Shown here piece after piece: positions 26,050 through 40,200 of a stretch of DNA of 64,000 nt. Position numbers and translations under genes: made by a program. The notes beneath the pieces are model-generated. The model was given only the letters and a program-made list of their open reading frames with translations, was not told the origin of the DNA and searched no databases. Location of the stretch: contig NC_045696.1 in the NCBI RefSeq assembly GCF_009834535.1, forward strand, positions 95,916,001-95,980,000, written 5' to 3'. Origin of the DNA: Camelus ferus (taxonomy: Eukaryota). Position 1 is the first letter of the stretch. Each line of letters begins with the position of its first letter.

Positions 26050-28460
26050 TTATTAATTTTTCTTTAGTCAGAAATCTTTTAGCATAATCAAAATAAGAAA
26101 AAAAGTTGCATATTTACCTTCATTTTTTTCCCTTCCTAACATTTTTTATCTCTTTGTGTAGATCTGCTTCTGTCTGGTAACATGTTTCCTCTTCTTAAAG
26201 TACCTCTTTTAAAATTTCCTGTAGTGAAAGTTTGCTGATTGAATTCTCTTCTTTTACCTTGTCCATAAAGTATTTATTTCTGTTTCATTTTTCAGTGATA
26301 TATTAACTAGGCACTAGCTTGTGGAGTTACAATTTTTTTTTCTCATTCAGCACTATAGACATGCTACTCCATCATCTTCATGGTTAGATAGCTCCTAGTA
26401 AGTCTGTTATAATTCTTACTTTGTTCCTCTGTGTGTATCTTTTTCCAACTGGCTGCCTTCTAGACTTTATATGGCTCTGTGGTGTTCAGTAGTCCAGGTA
26501 TGATGTGTCTAAGTGTTTTCTTCCTCCCTCCTATGTACTTCCCTCCCTTCTTCACTCTCTACCCTCCCTCCTTTCTTTCTTTTTTTCTTTTTAGTATTTA
26601 TCCTACTGAGTGTTCTATGAACTTTTCAAATCTACGAAGTCTTTCATTGTTTGGGGTGATGTTCAGTCATGATATTTTCAAATATGTCTTCTCCCCATTC
26701 TCTCATTTCACTTTGGGATTACAATTGCTCATATATTACACTGTTTGACATTTCCCCATAGTTCTTGAATGCACTGGCTTTTTCCCCCCCCTTTCTTTGT
26801 GTTTTGATTTGAATAATTTATTTTGACTGATCTTTATCTTTGTTACTATATCTTTATTTCTGGCATTTCCATTTCATACTTTCTTATAGTTTCCATTTTT
26901 CTGCTGAAAATTCCACATATTCTTGTATGTTATCCATCTTTTACACTAGAACCTTTAACATATTAATCGTAATTTTCTCTTTTTGGTACCCTGCCTAATA
27001 GCTCCAACATCTGGGTTCTGCAGATTGCACTGTCTCTTGACAGAAAGTTGTTTTCATTTGAATTTTTGTGTATCTCATAATTTTTGATTGAAAGCTGGTT
27101 ATCATGTGTAGGACAGTAAAGACTGAGATATACGTAGATGATATAGATAGAGGTATATGCCTGGACTTAAGCACATCTCTTCTACTATACATTTAATATG
27201 GAAAGTTGAGTCGATCTAGTCAAAAGTTGAGTAAAGTTTGTGTTTTGTTAGTTCTGTGTTTACAGTTAGCATACTACTATCTTCAGATTCCACTAACATT
27301 GCCTTGTGCTTAAGGTAGGGATTGAGTTTTCAAATATTTCTCAATCTTCCATTTTCACTCTCAAGTTTAGTCCTTTTCTATGAACCTAAACCTCAAAGGA
27401 GATCTCTGTCTTCTTGCCCCTCCCCCAGCGATAGGCTTGTTAGTTATTATCCTGTGCTAGCAAGCCTGGTGGTGGGGGGTGGGTATTCTCTGTTTCCTCC
27501 TTTAGCCTCAGTCTTAGGCAGGACCTCTGCCTAGAGTCTCACAGGAAGAGATTGTTCAGTGATTCTGCCCCCTGGCCAGTAGTTGTAGTTGACCTCTAGT
27601 GGTCTGAGCCAAGGGGAATTCCTGTCCTTTTCTCATGAGTAGAGTTTTGTTTTGTTTTCCTATTCCCTCATATGAAGCTCCAATGAGTCTAACTATGTCT
27701 GAGAAAAAACAGTATTTGCTGCCAGTCCTCTAGAGGTTTAAAGTTTTTGTTTCATAGAAAAGATAGGGGAAAGAATCCAGGCAGGGGTTTCTGTCTCCCA
27801 CTGCTGTTTCCCTACCTCAGTCCTGCACTGCCAGGGGTGTCTCTTTGAGCTACTGCCCTGCTCCCAATCTGTATCATGAGAAACCAGTGAGGTCCTTGGA
27901 AAAGAGTCTGGAAGTGGGCACAAAAACAAACTGCCTTTGTGTCTGCCATTTTCAGGTATTCTATATTAGGGCCCAGAAAAGTATGGTTTGTGGGTCGATC
28001 ATCTGGTTTTGTAAATAAATTTTCAGTAGAATGCAGCCACACAAATCACTTGCATAATGTCTATGGCTGTTTTTGTACTATCAACACAGAGGTAAATAGT
28101 TGCAACAGAGCCCACAAGGCCTGAAATGTTTACTATCTAACCTTTTAAGAATAGTTTTCCAACCCACAGTTAGCCTTTAACAATTCATTATAAATTTAGG
28201 TAATTTTTTTCTTACCCACTTGTTTGGTATACATACCCCCATTTCCCCCATGCTTTACCCCAGGTAAACTCACTTTCTTATATTTTAATAGAGCCACCTA
28301 TTTTTCCTTAGTTTCCAGGTTGTTTATTACCCTATGAAACTCAGTTCTCTGATTGGTTGAAGAAAAGTTATGATTTTGTTGAAGTGCTGGCATTTTATAG
28401 ATTTTGCAGGTTTTTCTTATTATTATACTGAAAGTGATGCTTTTCCTATTTTTCATTCTA
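26050..28460 (-). mobile_element. Ancient L1M 5'/ORF1-region remnant, interrupted by MER58A
   Basis: T-rich degenerate sequence with motifs typical of reverse-strand old L1 ORF1 (AAGTCTGTTATAATTCTTA, ATTTTTGATTGAAAGCTGG). Confidence 0.5.
27968..28168. mobile_element. MER58A-like MITE
   Basis: TTTTGTAAATAAA...CAGCCAC...TGTCTATGGCTG...TAGTTGCAACAGAG...AAATGTTTACTATCT. Confidence 0.8.
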
Positions 28461-28779
28461 GCAAAAGACCCTCAAGCTTTTAGTTCACTATGATATATAG
28501 TTTTTTATTCTAATCATCAGAAAGTTGATAATCAATATGCAGTATAGATGTTACAGATAGGACATAGGGAGCATCTTTAAAATTTGAGGACAAGTTTAGA
28601 AAATGACACAATCTGAACTTTATATACAAATGGAAAAGATTATCCACTGGAGAAGGTTTGTATAGCATTGTAAGCATAGTAGCTAAAATTAAAGCATTGA
28701 ATCCTTAAAATGCTACAGGATGTGAATTACAATTCTAAATCCTAGTTCTTGACCTTGTTATATAGCTTCTACATTCTCA

Positions 28780-30935
28780 AGAGAATTTTTAAAGTATTTT
28801 AAACTAATTTAAAATGAAAACACAACTTAGCAAAATTTGTGGGATGCAGCAAAATCAGTATTTACAGGAAAATTTATATAGCACTGAACGTATATATTAG
28901 CAAAGAAAAAAGACCCAAAATCAATAATCTAGGTTTCCACCTTAGGAAACTAGAAAGAGAAGAATAAATTAAATCCAGAGTAAAGAGAACAAAATAATGA
29001 GAATTAGAGCAGGAATCAATTAAGTTGAAAGTAGGTAATCTACAGAGAAAATCAACCAAACAAAAAAGCTGGGTTTTTTTAAAGATATAAATAAAATCAA
29101 TATACCTTTAGGAAGACTAACTAAGAAAAAAAGAGAGTACATAAATTACTAGTATCAGAAATGAAAGAGGGCCATCACTATTGATCCCATGGACAGTAAA
29201 AAGATAGTAAAGGAGTAGTATGAGTAACTCTGTGACCACCAATTGATAACCCAGGTGTACTGAACCAAATTCTTGAAAGAAATAATCTGCCCAAACTCAC
29301 ACAAAAAGAAATAAACAATCTAAATAGGCCTATATATGTTAAAGAAATTAAACCAATGGTTAATTATCTTCCAATAGAGAAAGCACCAGTCCCAGATGGG
29401 TTCATTAGTGAATTCTACCAAATATTTAACTAACAGATGATACCGATTCCCTCTTCTCTTCTAGAAGATGGAAGCAGAGGGAATACTTCCTAACTCATTC
29501 TACAAGCCTAGCATTATCCTAATAACAAAACCAGACAAAAGATTACAAGAAAAGAAAACTACAGACCAATATCTCTCATGGACATAGATGCAAAAATTGT
29601 CAGCAAAATCTTAGACAATTGACTTCAACAATGTACAAAAAGAATTATACACCAAAATCAAGTAAGATTTATTCCACGTATAAAGGTTGGTTCCTCAAAA
29701 AAAATTAAATATTGTAATTTATTACAATAACAGACTTAAAAAAGAAAAATCACATGATTATATCAATAGATACAGAAAAACATTTGACAAAATTGAACAC
29801 CCATTCATGATAAAAAAAATCTCAGAAAACTAGAATGTAAGGAAACTTCCTCAAGTTGATAAAACATATCTACAAAAAAACAAAAAAACCAAAACTACAC
29901 CTAATATCACACTTACAGGTGAGAAATTCAAAGCTTCCTCACTATGATCAGGTACAAGACAAGAATGTCCCCTCTCACCTCTCCTTTTCAGCATGTTGCT
30001 GGAAGTTCTATCCAGAGCAATGAGACAAGAAAAGGAAATAAAGTATACAGCTTTGGAAGGAAGAAATAAAAATCTTTGTTCACATATGACATGCTCATCT
30101 ATGTAGAAAATCCAAAAGAATTGGCAAAAAAAAAAAAAAATCTTGGAACTAATAAGCAGGGTTGCAGGATACAAGGTTAATATACAAAAGTCAGTTTCTT
30201 CCTTATACACTGGCAATAAGCAAGGGGAATTTAACATTGAAAATACAGTATCATGGTAGCACCCAAAAATATTAAATGCTTAGGTATAAATCTAACAAAA
30301 TATGTACAAAATCTATATGAGGAAAACTACAAAATTGATTAACAAAATCAAAGAACTAAATAAATGGAAAGATATTTCATGTTTATGGATAGGAATATTG
30401 TCAAGATGTTTTTTCTTCCAATTTGATCTACAGATTCAATGCAGTTCTAGTAAATTCCCAACAGTTTGTAGATATCAATGAACATATTCCAGAATTTATA
30501 TGGAGAGGCAGAAGATCCAGTATAGCCAACACAGTGGAGGACTGACATTACCCAACTGCAAGACTCATTATAAAGCTACAATATAATATATATAATACAA
30601 TATAATACAGTATTAATTTAAAAAATAGACAAATAAATCAATATAAGCCTAGAAATAGAGCCACACAAGTATAGTCAACTGATTTTTGACAAAGAACCAG
30701 AGATAGTCTTTTCAACAAATGATGCCAGAACAACTGGACATCCACACACAAAAAAAAAGAAAGAAAGAAAGAAAAGAAAGGAAAACAAAGGAAAAAGAAT
30801 CTAGGCACAGACCTTATACCCTTCACAAAAATTAACTCAAAATGGATGACAGACCAGAATGTAAAATGCAAAATTATATAAGTCCCAGAAGATAACATAG
30901 CAAAAAACAAAGATGACTTTGGGTATGGTGTTGAT
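28780..30935 (+). mobile_element. L1MC-type element, degenerate ORF2 (RT region); continues at 32131-33270
   Basis: AAACTACAGACCAATATCTCTCATGGACATAGATGC (NYRPISL motif) and TTCACATATGACATG (FADD-like region); multiple frameshifts. Confidence 0.88.
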
Positions 30936-30939
30936 TTGT

Positions 30940-32130
30940 TTGTTTGTTCTCCATTATTATATTATATTTTATTTTATTTTCCTTTTTCAGTTTTATTAGG
31001 TAGAATTACTACACTTTGCACATATACATTATATTGCATGTAAGTGCATATTTACAATATACTGCACTTTTTTTTTTTAGTTTACATGTATGTACTGATC
31101 ATTATTTCTAAGAACAGATTAGAGCTTTAGCTTTTTAAACTTACATAGTTATTAAAGGAATAAAGCCAACCACAAAATAAGAATCAACAGAATGTGGTAA
31201 TCCAATCATAAAGGGCAATCAGATGTGCTTACACATAATCAAAAAATTAGTCATCTAAGTTATAAATAATAAGTAGTTTATCTGTGTCCTTATTTTTTTA
31301 TTTTATTTGTTTTTTAGATCCCACTTACAAGTGATATCATATGGCATTTTTCATTCTCTTTCTGGCCCATTTCATTTAGAATGACGATCTTCAGTTCCAT
31401 CCATGTTGTTGCAAATGGCATTATTTTATTCTTTTTTATGGCTGAATAGTGTTCCTTTGTAGATATGCACCACATCTTCTTTATCCAGTCATCTATTGAT
31501 GGACATTTGGATTGTTTCCGTATCTTGGCTATTGTAAATAGTGCTGCTGTGAACATTGGGGTGCATGTGTCTTTTTGAATTTTATTTTTCTATGGGCATA
31601 TGCCCAAGAGTGGGATTGCTGGATCACATGGTAAGTCTATTTTTAGTTTTTTAAGGAACCTCCATACTGTCCTGCATAATGGCTGCACCAGTCTATACTC
31701 TCACCAACAGTGTAGGAGGGTACCCTTTTCTCCACACGCTCTCCAGCATCTATCATTTGTAGACGTTTCAGTGATGGCCATTCTAGCTGGTGTGAGATGA
31801 TATCTCACTGTAGTTTTGATCTGCATTTCTCCAACGATTAGGGATGCTGAGCATTTTTTCATATGCCTATTGGCCATTTGTATGTCTTCATTGGAGAATT
31901 GCTTGTTTAGGTCTTCTGCCCATTTCTGAATTGAGTTCCTTGTTCTTTTGATATTAAAGTGTATGAGCTGTTGTTACATTTTGAAAATTAGTCCCTTGTC
32001 CGTTGCATCATTTGCATATATTTTCTCCCATTCTGTAGGTTGTCTTTTCATTTTGTTGATGGTGTCCGTAGCTGTGCAAAAGCTTTTAAGTTTAATTAGA
32101 TCCCATTTGTCTGTTTTTGCTTTTATTTTA
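30940..32130 (-). mobile_element. Younger L1 3' end with a non-canonical ~300-bp tail, inserted into the L1MC
   Basis: Minus-strand ORF2 C-terminus (MFTAALFTIAKIRKQSKCPSIDDWIKKMW). After ~31275 the 3'UTR differs from other copies in the window. AATAAA at 30992-30997 (minus). Confidence 0.85.
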
Positions 32131-32719
32131 TAAGGAACCATTATATAAAATATATTTTAAAAGCTCTTAAAACTCAACAATAAGAAAACAAACAACCTGA
32201 TTGAATAATGTCCCAAAGACCTTAACAGACACTTCACCAAAGAAGATACATGGATGGCAAATAAGCATTTGAAAAGATGCCACACCGTAAGTAAATGTGA
32301 ACTAATTAAAAAGGAATAAGGAAAATGCAAATTAAAATAACAGTGAATATCACTACACACCTATTAAAATGGCTTTGGACAACAATGGCTTTGAATAGCA
32401 TCAGATACTGGCCAGGAAGTGGAGCAACAGGAGCTCTTATTCATAGCTGTTGGGAATGTAAAATGCTACAACCACTTTGGAAGACAGTTTGGTGGTCTCT
32501 TACAAAACTAAACATGTTCTTACTGTACTATTCAGTAATCTTATACCTTGTATTTACTCAAAGGAGTTAAAACTTATTTCCACACAAGAACCTGCACACA
32601 GATGTTTAAAACAGCTTTATTCACAATTGCCAAAACTTGAAAGGAACTAAGATGTCCTTCAGTAGGTGAATGGATAAATAAACTTGTACATCCAGACAAT
32701 GGAATATTATTCAGCATTA

Positions 32720-32766
<47 letters not shown>

Positions 32767-33270
32767 ATTTTTTAAAAACCTATTAAGCAATGAAAAGACA
32801 CAGAAGAAACTTAAATGCATTTTAGCAAATGAAAGAAGCCGATCTGAAATGGAAACAAATATTATTCGAACTATGTGACATTCTTGAAAAGGCAGAGCTA
32901 TGCATTCAGTAAAAGAATCAATGATTGGGGGAGGGGTAAAGAGTAGGATGAATAGGTAGAACACAAAAGATTTTTAGAGTAGTGAAAATATTCTGCATGA
33001 TTTGTGATGGTGGATACATTTGTCCAGACCCTTGGAATGTAAAACACCAAGAGTTAACTGTAAGGTACACTACAGACTTTGGGTAATAATGATGTGCCAG
33101 TGTGGGTCAACCAGTTGTAACAAATGTGCCACTCTGGTGGGAGATGTTGATGATGGGGCAGACTATGCATGTGTTGGGGCAGAGAATATATGGGAAATCT
33201 CTGCACCTTTTTCTCAGTTTTTTGTGAACCTATAACCAATGTACAAAAACAAAACAAAACAAAAATGTTT
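32131..33270 (+). mobile_element. L1MC-type ORF2 end and 3'UTR, including an (AAAT)n expansion at ~32720-32767
   Basis: GACCTTAACAGACACTTCACCAAAGAAGATA; 3'UTR GACTTTGGGTAATAATGATGTG...ATATGGGAAATCTCTG; A-rich tail. Confidence 0.85.
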
Positions 33271-34045
33271 TAAAACTTCCTAAATATCAAAAGAAATGCC
33301 AAGAAAAACCCCACAACAATTGTCCCTACTGAAAGTATGTGTATCCATACATATACTTCTATATATAGAAACATATAAACAAAATAAATGTAAAATAACA
33401 TGACTGACCTGGGCCAAAGGTGCTGGTTGCTTGATAAAATATAAATAGGATATCATATCTAAGAAAAAGTTCAGATTAACTACCAAAACAAAATACAAGT
33501 GTGATCTGTGTGTATAGAAATATCCCAAAAAGGAGATTCAGAAAGATGAGGATGCCGACTGGAAGATGTCAAACAAAACTCTAAATAAATAAATAAATAG
33601 AAGGCATCATAATACTAATTTCAAACAAGCACAGTTTAGCCACCAAAGTACAAAATGAGACCAAGAAAAGTATACTTTGTAATTCTAAGGACTAAAATGC
33701 ATAATGTTAAAATGTTATTAATAACTATACATAAAATAGGATAGCAGCTACTTTATAAAGCAGAAACTAGAGGAGATGAATAAAGAAAGAGAAAGACATA
33801 AACTAGTAGAGTAACACACTCCTCTCAAATCTAGTAAAATCAAGTGAAAAAAATTAGAAAAGATATCAGAGTTCTAAATAATACAATCAATAACGTAGAC
33901 TGTATAGGAAAAAAACACATTAAACTCTGTGCCACAGTAAAAAAGAACATACTTTTTATTCAAATGGACATGGAACATTTGTGAAAATTGCCTGTTGCTA
34001 AGTCTACAACAAAGCCTGCTTTAAATTTTTAAAAATAAATATAGT

Positions 34046-34180
34046 GGGGGAGGGTACAGCTTAGTGGCATGCACGACGTCCCAGGTTCAACCTCTGTTAT
34101 CTACACCGAAAGTAATAAATAAATAAACCTAATTATCCCCCCCCGAATTTAAATGAATAGAAAATAAATAAATAAATAAA
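34046..34180 (+). mobile_element. Degenerate tRNA-derived SINE (Vic-1-like, camelid)
   Basis: GGGGGAGGGTACAGCTTAGTGG (A box), GGTTCAAC (B box), and an AAATAAACCTAATTA tail motif shared with 54342-54484. Confidence 0.75.
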
Positions 34181-34364
34181 TAAGTAAGTAAGTAACTACC
34201 TATCATGATCATTTGAAAACATTCACGAATGCTTTCATATTCCTAAAGTCCGCAGATGATGTCAGTATTCCTTACCTTTGCACCAGGGCAAGACTCTGTG
34301 ACTGCATTTTAAATTATTAGGCCTTTAGAAACAGCATTTGTGTCTGAGTGGTAAGGTCTTATAA

Positions 34365-34775
34365 TGTCCTGATAAAAATGGTGGGACAAATTGTGTTTCA
34401 GCACTCAGCATCACTGCTGTGCCTTTTTATACTCTCCTCTGGTGTCACACGGCTGGAAGCTTAGGAACTACATTTTCCATGGTTTCTTCCTATCAGACTT
34501 TAGTACAGCTAACAAATGAGACGTACATGGTGACATTCAATAGGTGGAAAGAGGCTGAACGTATTCTTGCTGTAGAAGCACTATGGTAGACTAGCAGCTG
34601 CGGCTTGCTGAAGCTACCTCAGAGTGCATATGCTTCTCATTCTTCATTCCAGGGCTGTGAGGTGGCTGTGGCTTCCTGCACTTTCCTATAATCTCCTTAG
34701 TCCCTATACTAAATTCCTTTCTCTTTGAAATATTTAAAGTAGTTTTGTTTTCATGACTAAACGCTGACAGATACA
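34365..34775 (+). mobile_element. LTR33-like ERVL solo LTR
   Basis: GGAACTACATTTTCC and terminal TTGAAATATTTAAAGTAGTTTTGTTTTCATGACT...CTGACAGATACA. Confidence 0.65.
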
Positions 34776-35599
34776 CCAGAGGGCAATTGGGGGGATTCCT
34801 TACCTTGCACATTAAGCTGGTGTAGCCCATTCTTCCTGAGCCAGAAAACTGCTAATTTGATGTCTGGGAACCCAAGGCTGCTGGGATACACTTCTATTCT
34901 CACACCAGCACTAAGTGGGGAAATGAAGAAAATATTGCTGTCCTAAACTTTCCCCTTTCTTGAGGTCCTGAAGCTAAAGGGAGATGAATATTTTCAACAA
35001 AAACTATATGGTTGAATGCCAGGTTATTAAAAACAGAAGCAAAGCCATGAGTTTATAGAGAGAGTAATTTGTGCCATGAGTCTTCCCTAGAGAGATATAT
35101 CAAAATCATGATTCAAGCATTTCCACGTCCCCTAGCCAAATACTGTCTAGGAGTGTCCCAAAGCCCACTTAAAACCCTAACAAGAGGATTTTAATATCAG
35201 TAATTTAATTCTGAAAGAACTGAGGTCATTGTTTTGTTGTCATAATAAAAGAATGGTGGTTTTCACAGTGTCTGGGAAAAAAAAGAGGAAGAATATATCC
35301 GTGTGTTTTCATGTTCTGCCCAGGAGAGAGCATGCCTGTAACAATTAGCATTGACTTTTTACATAAAAGTATGCTTAGAGAGAAGAATAATTAATCGTAA
35401 TCATAAATATAAATTTAAGAGAGGGGGAGTTCTTCCTTTGCTCTGTTTTTTCTATGCACCTAGACAGCTTACAGTTTAAATATCTGAGAGGGCCATCTAC
35501 CAGAATAGAGAGTTCTTACTCTTCAGACAAGTAGATCAATAGGTAACATAAGATGGAGGCCCAGAAGAAAACAGAGCGGTTTTGTTTTAACATGTACCT

Positions 35600-36168
35600 C
35601 AGACTTGTTTTAATCATGTATGGTAAGACCAACAGACACAGAAATGTCTGTTGTGAAGAATGAAGTTTTATACTCACAGATCCCTAGAAACAGGAGATGT
35701 AGCACACCAAGCAGGAGTGGGGAGCCACACCGGGAAGCACTGGGGTCAATCTGGGGTCCAAGAAAGTAAGAGGAAACCAGAGGCCAGAGCCTTTGTTATG
35801 ATTTTTGTGGGAAGGAATGATCAAGGCAGGGTAAGCTAGGATAAGCAGGTTTAAGGTTGCCTGGTTTGAGTAATGTCAGCAGGCTCTGAGGTGTAGAGGT
35901 TGTCCTGAATGGTCTGGTACCTCACCCTAGAGCTTGTCGGGCAGGGGAACATTGGCTAGGAGTGTAAGAGTCTACTCGAGGAGGGGTTGGGATCTGGGAA
36001 AGGGAAGAGGGTCCTAGACTGGTTGTTTGCATACAAAAGGTATACTCCCTGCAAGATGTTTTCTATCTCTAGGAATAGTTAATCTGAGAGGGACAGTGTC
36101 TTTAAAGTCAGTGAGGCCCCAGATACCAAAGCATCAAGAACACAGAAAATAACAACATTAAGTTAATA
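35600..36168 (-). mobile_element. Solo LTR (MER77/MER21-like, family uncertain)
   Basis: ATGGTAAGACCAACAGA...TATACTCACAGATCCC...CAGGGTAAGC...AAAGCATCAAGAACACAGAAAATAA pattern recalled from eutherian LTRs. Confidence 0.55.
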
Positions 36169-36959
36169 AAGTTTCTTTTCTATTAGAAACCATACACCCC
36201 AGCATGCATTCCAAAATTTCTACATAGACCTGGCATAGACCAGGGATGACAATCTAGTTAGAGGTGGAGTGATTCGGATTCTCAGTTCATTCATATGGAT
36301 AATCAAATGGCTCAGAGGAGGGTTTATTAAAAGGCTGTAAAGCTAGCAGGCCAGAAAGGAGGCACAACTGGGCCTCACGGGAAAAGGCACTGGGATCTAG
36401 GAACCACTGAAGATGCGAGAAGTTTCACCTGCACGCTCTCTCGCTCTCTCTCTGTCTCCAAGACCACGTATAATCCTGTATCCCATTTATTCCACTCATC
36501 TTCCCTGATGGTTGGCTATTCTGCCCAATCTTTGATAAATTTAGGAGAATGGAAGTGGCTGCCGTAGGCTCAATTCTATAGAGCCATTTAATTCATAGGC
36601 CCCACACTCCTTTGATTTTAGACTCTGGGTCTCAGCAAATATATTTGGTAACAGGCTAGCCAACAGATTGGAATCCACTGGGATAGGTGTTAATCTCTAG
36701 TCCAGTCCTTCATGGAGAAAGGTGATGACATGATACAGACATGACCAGAGACCCCCATCTCTTCAGCAAGGGTGTGTGTGGGGCACAGTGCCTGTTGAAG
36801 TGAAGAGGACAAGACAGGCCCCCTGAAACTATCAACTACAATAGTATGTCCCACTGCCATAGGAGTTTATCAGTCACCTCCACTGGGTTAATTTTTCTTG
36901 GCATTTAAGAAATTGCTAAAACTCTGACAGGACTTCTGGCTATTTATTCAAGGAGAAAG

Positions 36960-37250
36960 ATGGTAGCAATGAATACTTCTCACTGAATATTTCTAGGTCT
37001 CTGCCTCCTGGGCACATGGTATAATAGAACTTTCTGACACCCAGTGGTTGGTTGAGGCCATGTAACTATTCTGGCCAATGAGCTAAAAGTACAAACAATG
37101 TATGCCGCGTTCTGGCTGAACACTTACTTCTCGGTGTAATATTCTCTGAGCTCTCTTTCGTCCCTTTCATGGCAGCATGTTCTTGATAGTGGCCACCCTA
37201 TCAGCCTGGGTCCCAAAATAAGGACAACATATAATGGACATGGATTGTAA
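36960..37250 (+). mobile_element. MLT1 (I/J-like) MaLR LTR fragment
   Basis: GGCCATGTAACTATTCTGGCCAATGAG and TCAGCCTGGGTCCC motifs. Confidence 0.65.
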
Positions 37251-40200
37251 CTAGAGCAAGAGCCAAATTCACTCTAACATTTTAAAATGGAGCTAAATGT
37301 CCAAGTGAATTTTACTGTTGTTGGCAATGACTCCAGAGCACTTGGGTATTCTAGCAGAAAGGCAGGTTGTTGAGGACATGGATGGATCTGAGTAGGATTA
37401 GACTTGATGGCTGCTGAGGTCTCTTTCAGGTTTAAAAGTGTTCTTCATCTTGGTAATGAAGCTCATAGAGAAAGCTGAGCTCTCCACTCAGAGTTCTTAG
37501 CTCTTACTTAGACACAGGCTTTTCTGAAACCTACCCACAGACCTCCAGTTAAGAAGGCCTGAACTTTATGGTTTTGTTATTTTAATTAGTTGGTGCCTAA
37601 AAGCTAAGCAGGATGTCCTGAGACATGAGAAGCAGAGGCATGAGCCTTTATGAGCAGCACCATGGAGGAGGAGCAGAAGGGAAAGTCATCCTCAAGGCCA
37701 AGGCTGTTTATTCTCTCTCCTAAAGGACCACAGGGCAGGAAGAGCATTTCCCTGGAATTAAGAAGCCTATGGCTCTAGTCTGGCTTTTGGTACTGACAAA
37801 TAGTGTAACCCTGGGCAAAAATCTTCCACTCAAGTTCAGCACCTCAACCATGAAATGGGGCAGTTTGATCAGATGATCCGCAGGGTCCCTTTAATAGTCT
37901 GTGTCCCCTTTTTACTAGAATATGAGGACAGGACAGGGCTTAAAGGCATGTGTTCAGAGCAGAGGAAGGTCAAAGCTGCACATGTGGGTTACATTTACAA
38001 TGATTTATTTGTTTAATTTAAATAAGAAATAGTCATGCACTTAAATATTTAAACAGTACAAAAGATTGCATAATAATAAGTAAAAAATTATTCCTCCTAC
38101 TCTGTCTTTCCCCATACCCTGGATTCCTTCCCAGAGGCCACTAGAGATATGCACACACTATTACACCTTCCCCTTTTTTTTTAACAGCGAATGGTAGCAA
38201 AATACAGGCATTAATTTGCTCCTTGTTTAAACAAGGAGTACTTGGAATAAATTCCATTAGTACACACACATCTTTTTCATTCTCTTTAAAGGCCACAAAT
38301 TATTCCATTACACAGATATAAAAAATTAATAAAACTATTCCCTTGTTAATGGATACTTGCATTTATAAAAAGGTAACTAAACTGTTGCAGGATCAATGTT
38401 TTGTACAGATGAGCCTCATGGAGGGAAGAAAATACTTTGTTTTCTAGGGATTCTTAGATTCTTCATAAAAGAGGTAAAAAGAAATAGCATGGTTTTGTCT
38501 GAGAGAGTATACATTTCTCATTTAGACAACTATTTAATCTATGTGCCTCAATTAGATTTTTTTTTTTGCTTTAGTGAAAAACTAATGTTTAATTTTTTAA
38601 GAGAAAATTTATCACTAATCTTTAAGTGTCATGAGATGTTTCTGAGACTCTCTGTGGGAAGCTGCTTATAGTTCTGATTGCTGCCTGTCATTGGTGGGCT
38701 GTTTTCAGCAAAATTGAACCAACATGTTTGACAGGAAACAAATTACAAACAGATTCTCTCAGAAATGTTAAGCAGACTTTATAAAAGAATGTATATCCTC
38801 AGGGTATCTCAGCCTGAAATATGTTGGCTCATTTTATATAGAAAACAAGGATGTCATGATTTTCTTCCTTGGAACAACTACAACAAATGGTTTTGTGAAT
38901 CCTGAAAACTTTCCAACAAACTAAGATTCAGAGGCTATCTAATTTTAAACTCTGCTGGGCCAAGAAGCCAACGTGGTGAGAAAACAGTCTATGTGGGTCA
39001 TTTTTTTTTCCTGATTAATTTGTTTCTAACATCTTGTAGCTTAAACAAACGACATACCACAGATGCTAAAATTCCAAGAGATGATGTTGGTATGAAGAAA
39101 TACACAGCATAGCTTATTCCCTTTGCTTAAGAGCCTGTGGAAGGGGAGCAAAAGGCAGGGTATTGCATTATCTGTTATAGACCTATAACTTGAATAGTCT
39201 CAGACCTCATCAGCTTGTATTTATGGAGGGGATCAAATTTACATAGTGACTTACATTTCATTGGCTCTAGCCCTTGTTGCATAAGACATGTATTTCATGT
39301 AACATGTCCACCCCCAATAGGATCCCTGCTGCCAACTCTGGAAGATTTCCTTGAATTCCCAGGAATTGCCTTGCATATATTCAGATGTGTCCTTCTTTAA
39401 CCTGTTATTATCATTTATGCTGCCTGAGAAGAACTGGTTAAGCTGCAGCAGAGGACATGACTGCCAGTCGCTGGATCTGCACATCCCAGAGTCACAAAAT
39501 AAGCAAACTCTTCAGGAGTCCAGGAAGCCCTCATGGCGGCCTCAGAGAGTGCCGTCTGGAGAGTACCTCATTCACACAGCACTTCCTGCACAACTCTCAC
39601 TTAGCTCTGGGTTAGACTTGGCCATCTGCACACCACACCATCTCCTCATAAACCGATTTGACAACCTTTACCTGGAGCTCTGTTTTCCGTAACTCAGATG
39701 ACCCAAGGACCAACTGGGGCATCCAATACAGGCATATACCAAGCTGTCACCCGAGTCAATTTTGGAATCATTTTATCTACTAATCACACATGCAAAGTCT
39801 TTTCCTCCAGCCAGATGCCTTCTTGGTAACAGCTATTTGTCAAAGTAGTCTGAATTCTACTTTAGAATAATCTGAGACCACCCCCACCCCACCCCCACCA
39901 CTCACACATTTCTCCAACCCTCCCCTCCAAATCTTCTTAGCCACCACAATTATATATCAGAATATGCCTTTATTTCACTCTAACAATTACCTTGATCCTA
40001 TAAAGCATTTTTAACACATTTCTGCAATAAATTAAGGAACTTTTCTAAATGTACGAAGTTAATCTATACAACCAAAATAATCGTCTTCTAGAATTTCCAG
40101 GTTTTTAAAAGATTCATGGGTTAATTATTCTCCCAATAGTTGTTTCACAGCACACTAATTCCTTTACAGGGTTTATTCGTGGTTTTACAATAGGCATATA

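Noticed and set aside
28780..30935. L1 ORF2 reverse transcriptase as an active or domesticated gene
   Set aside because: No long plus-strand ORF; heavily disrupted.
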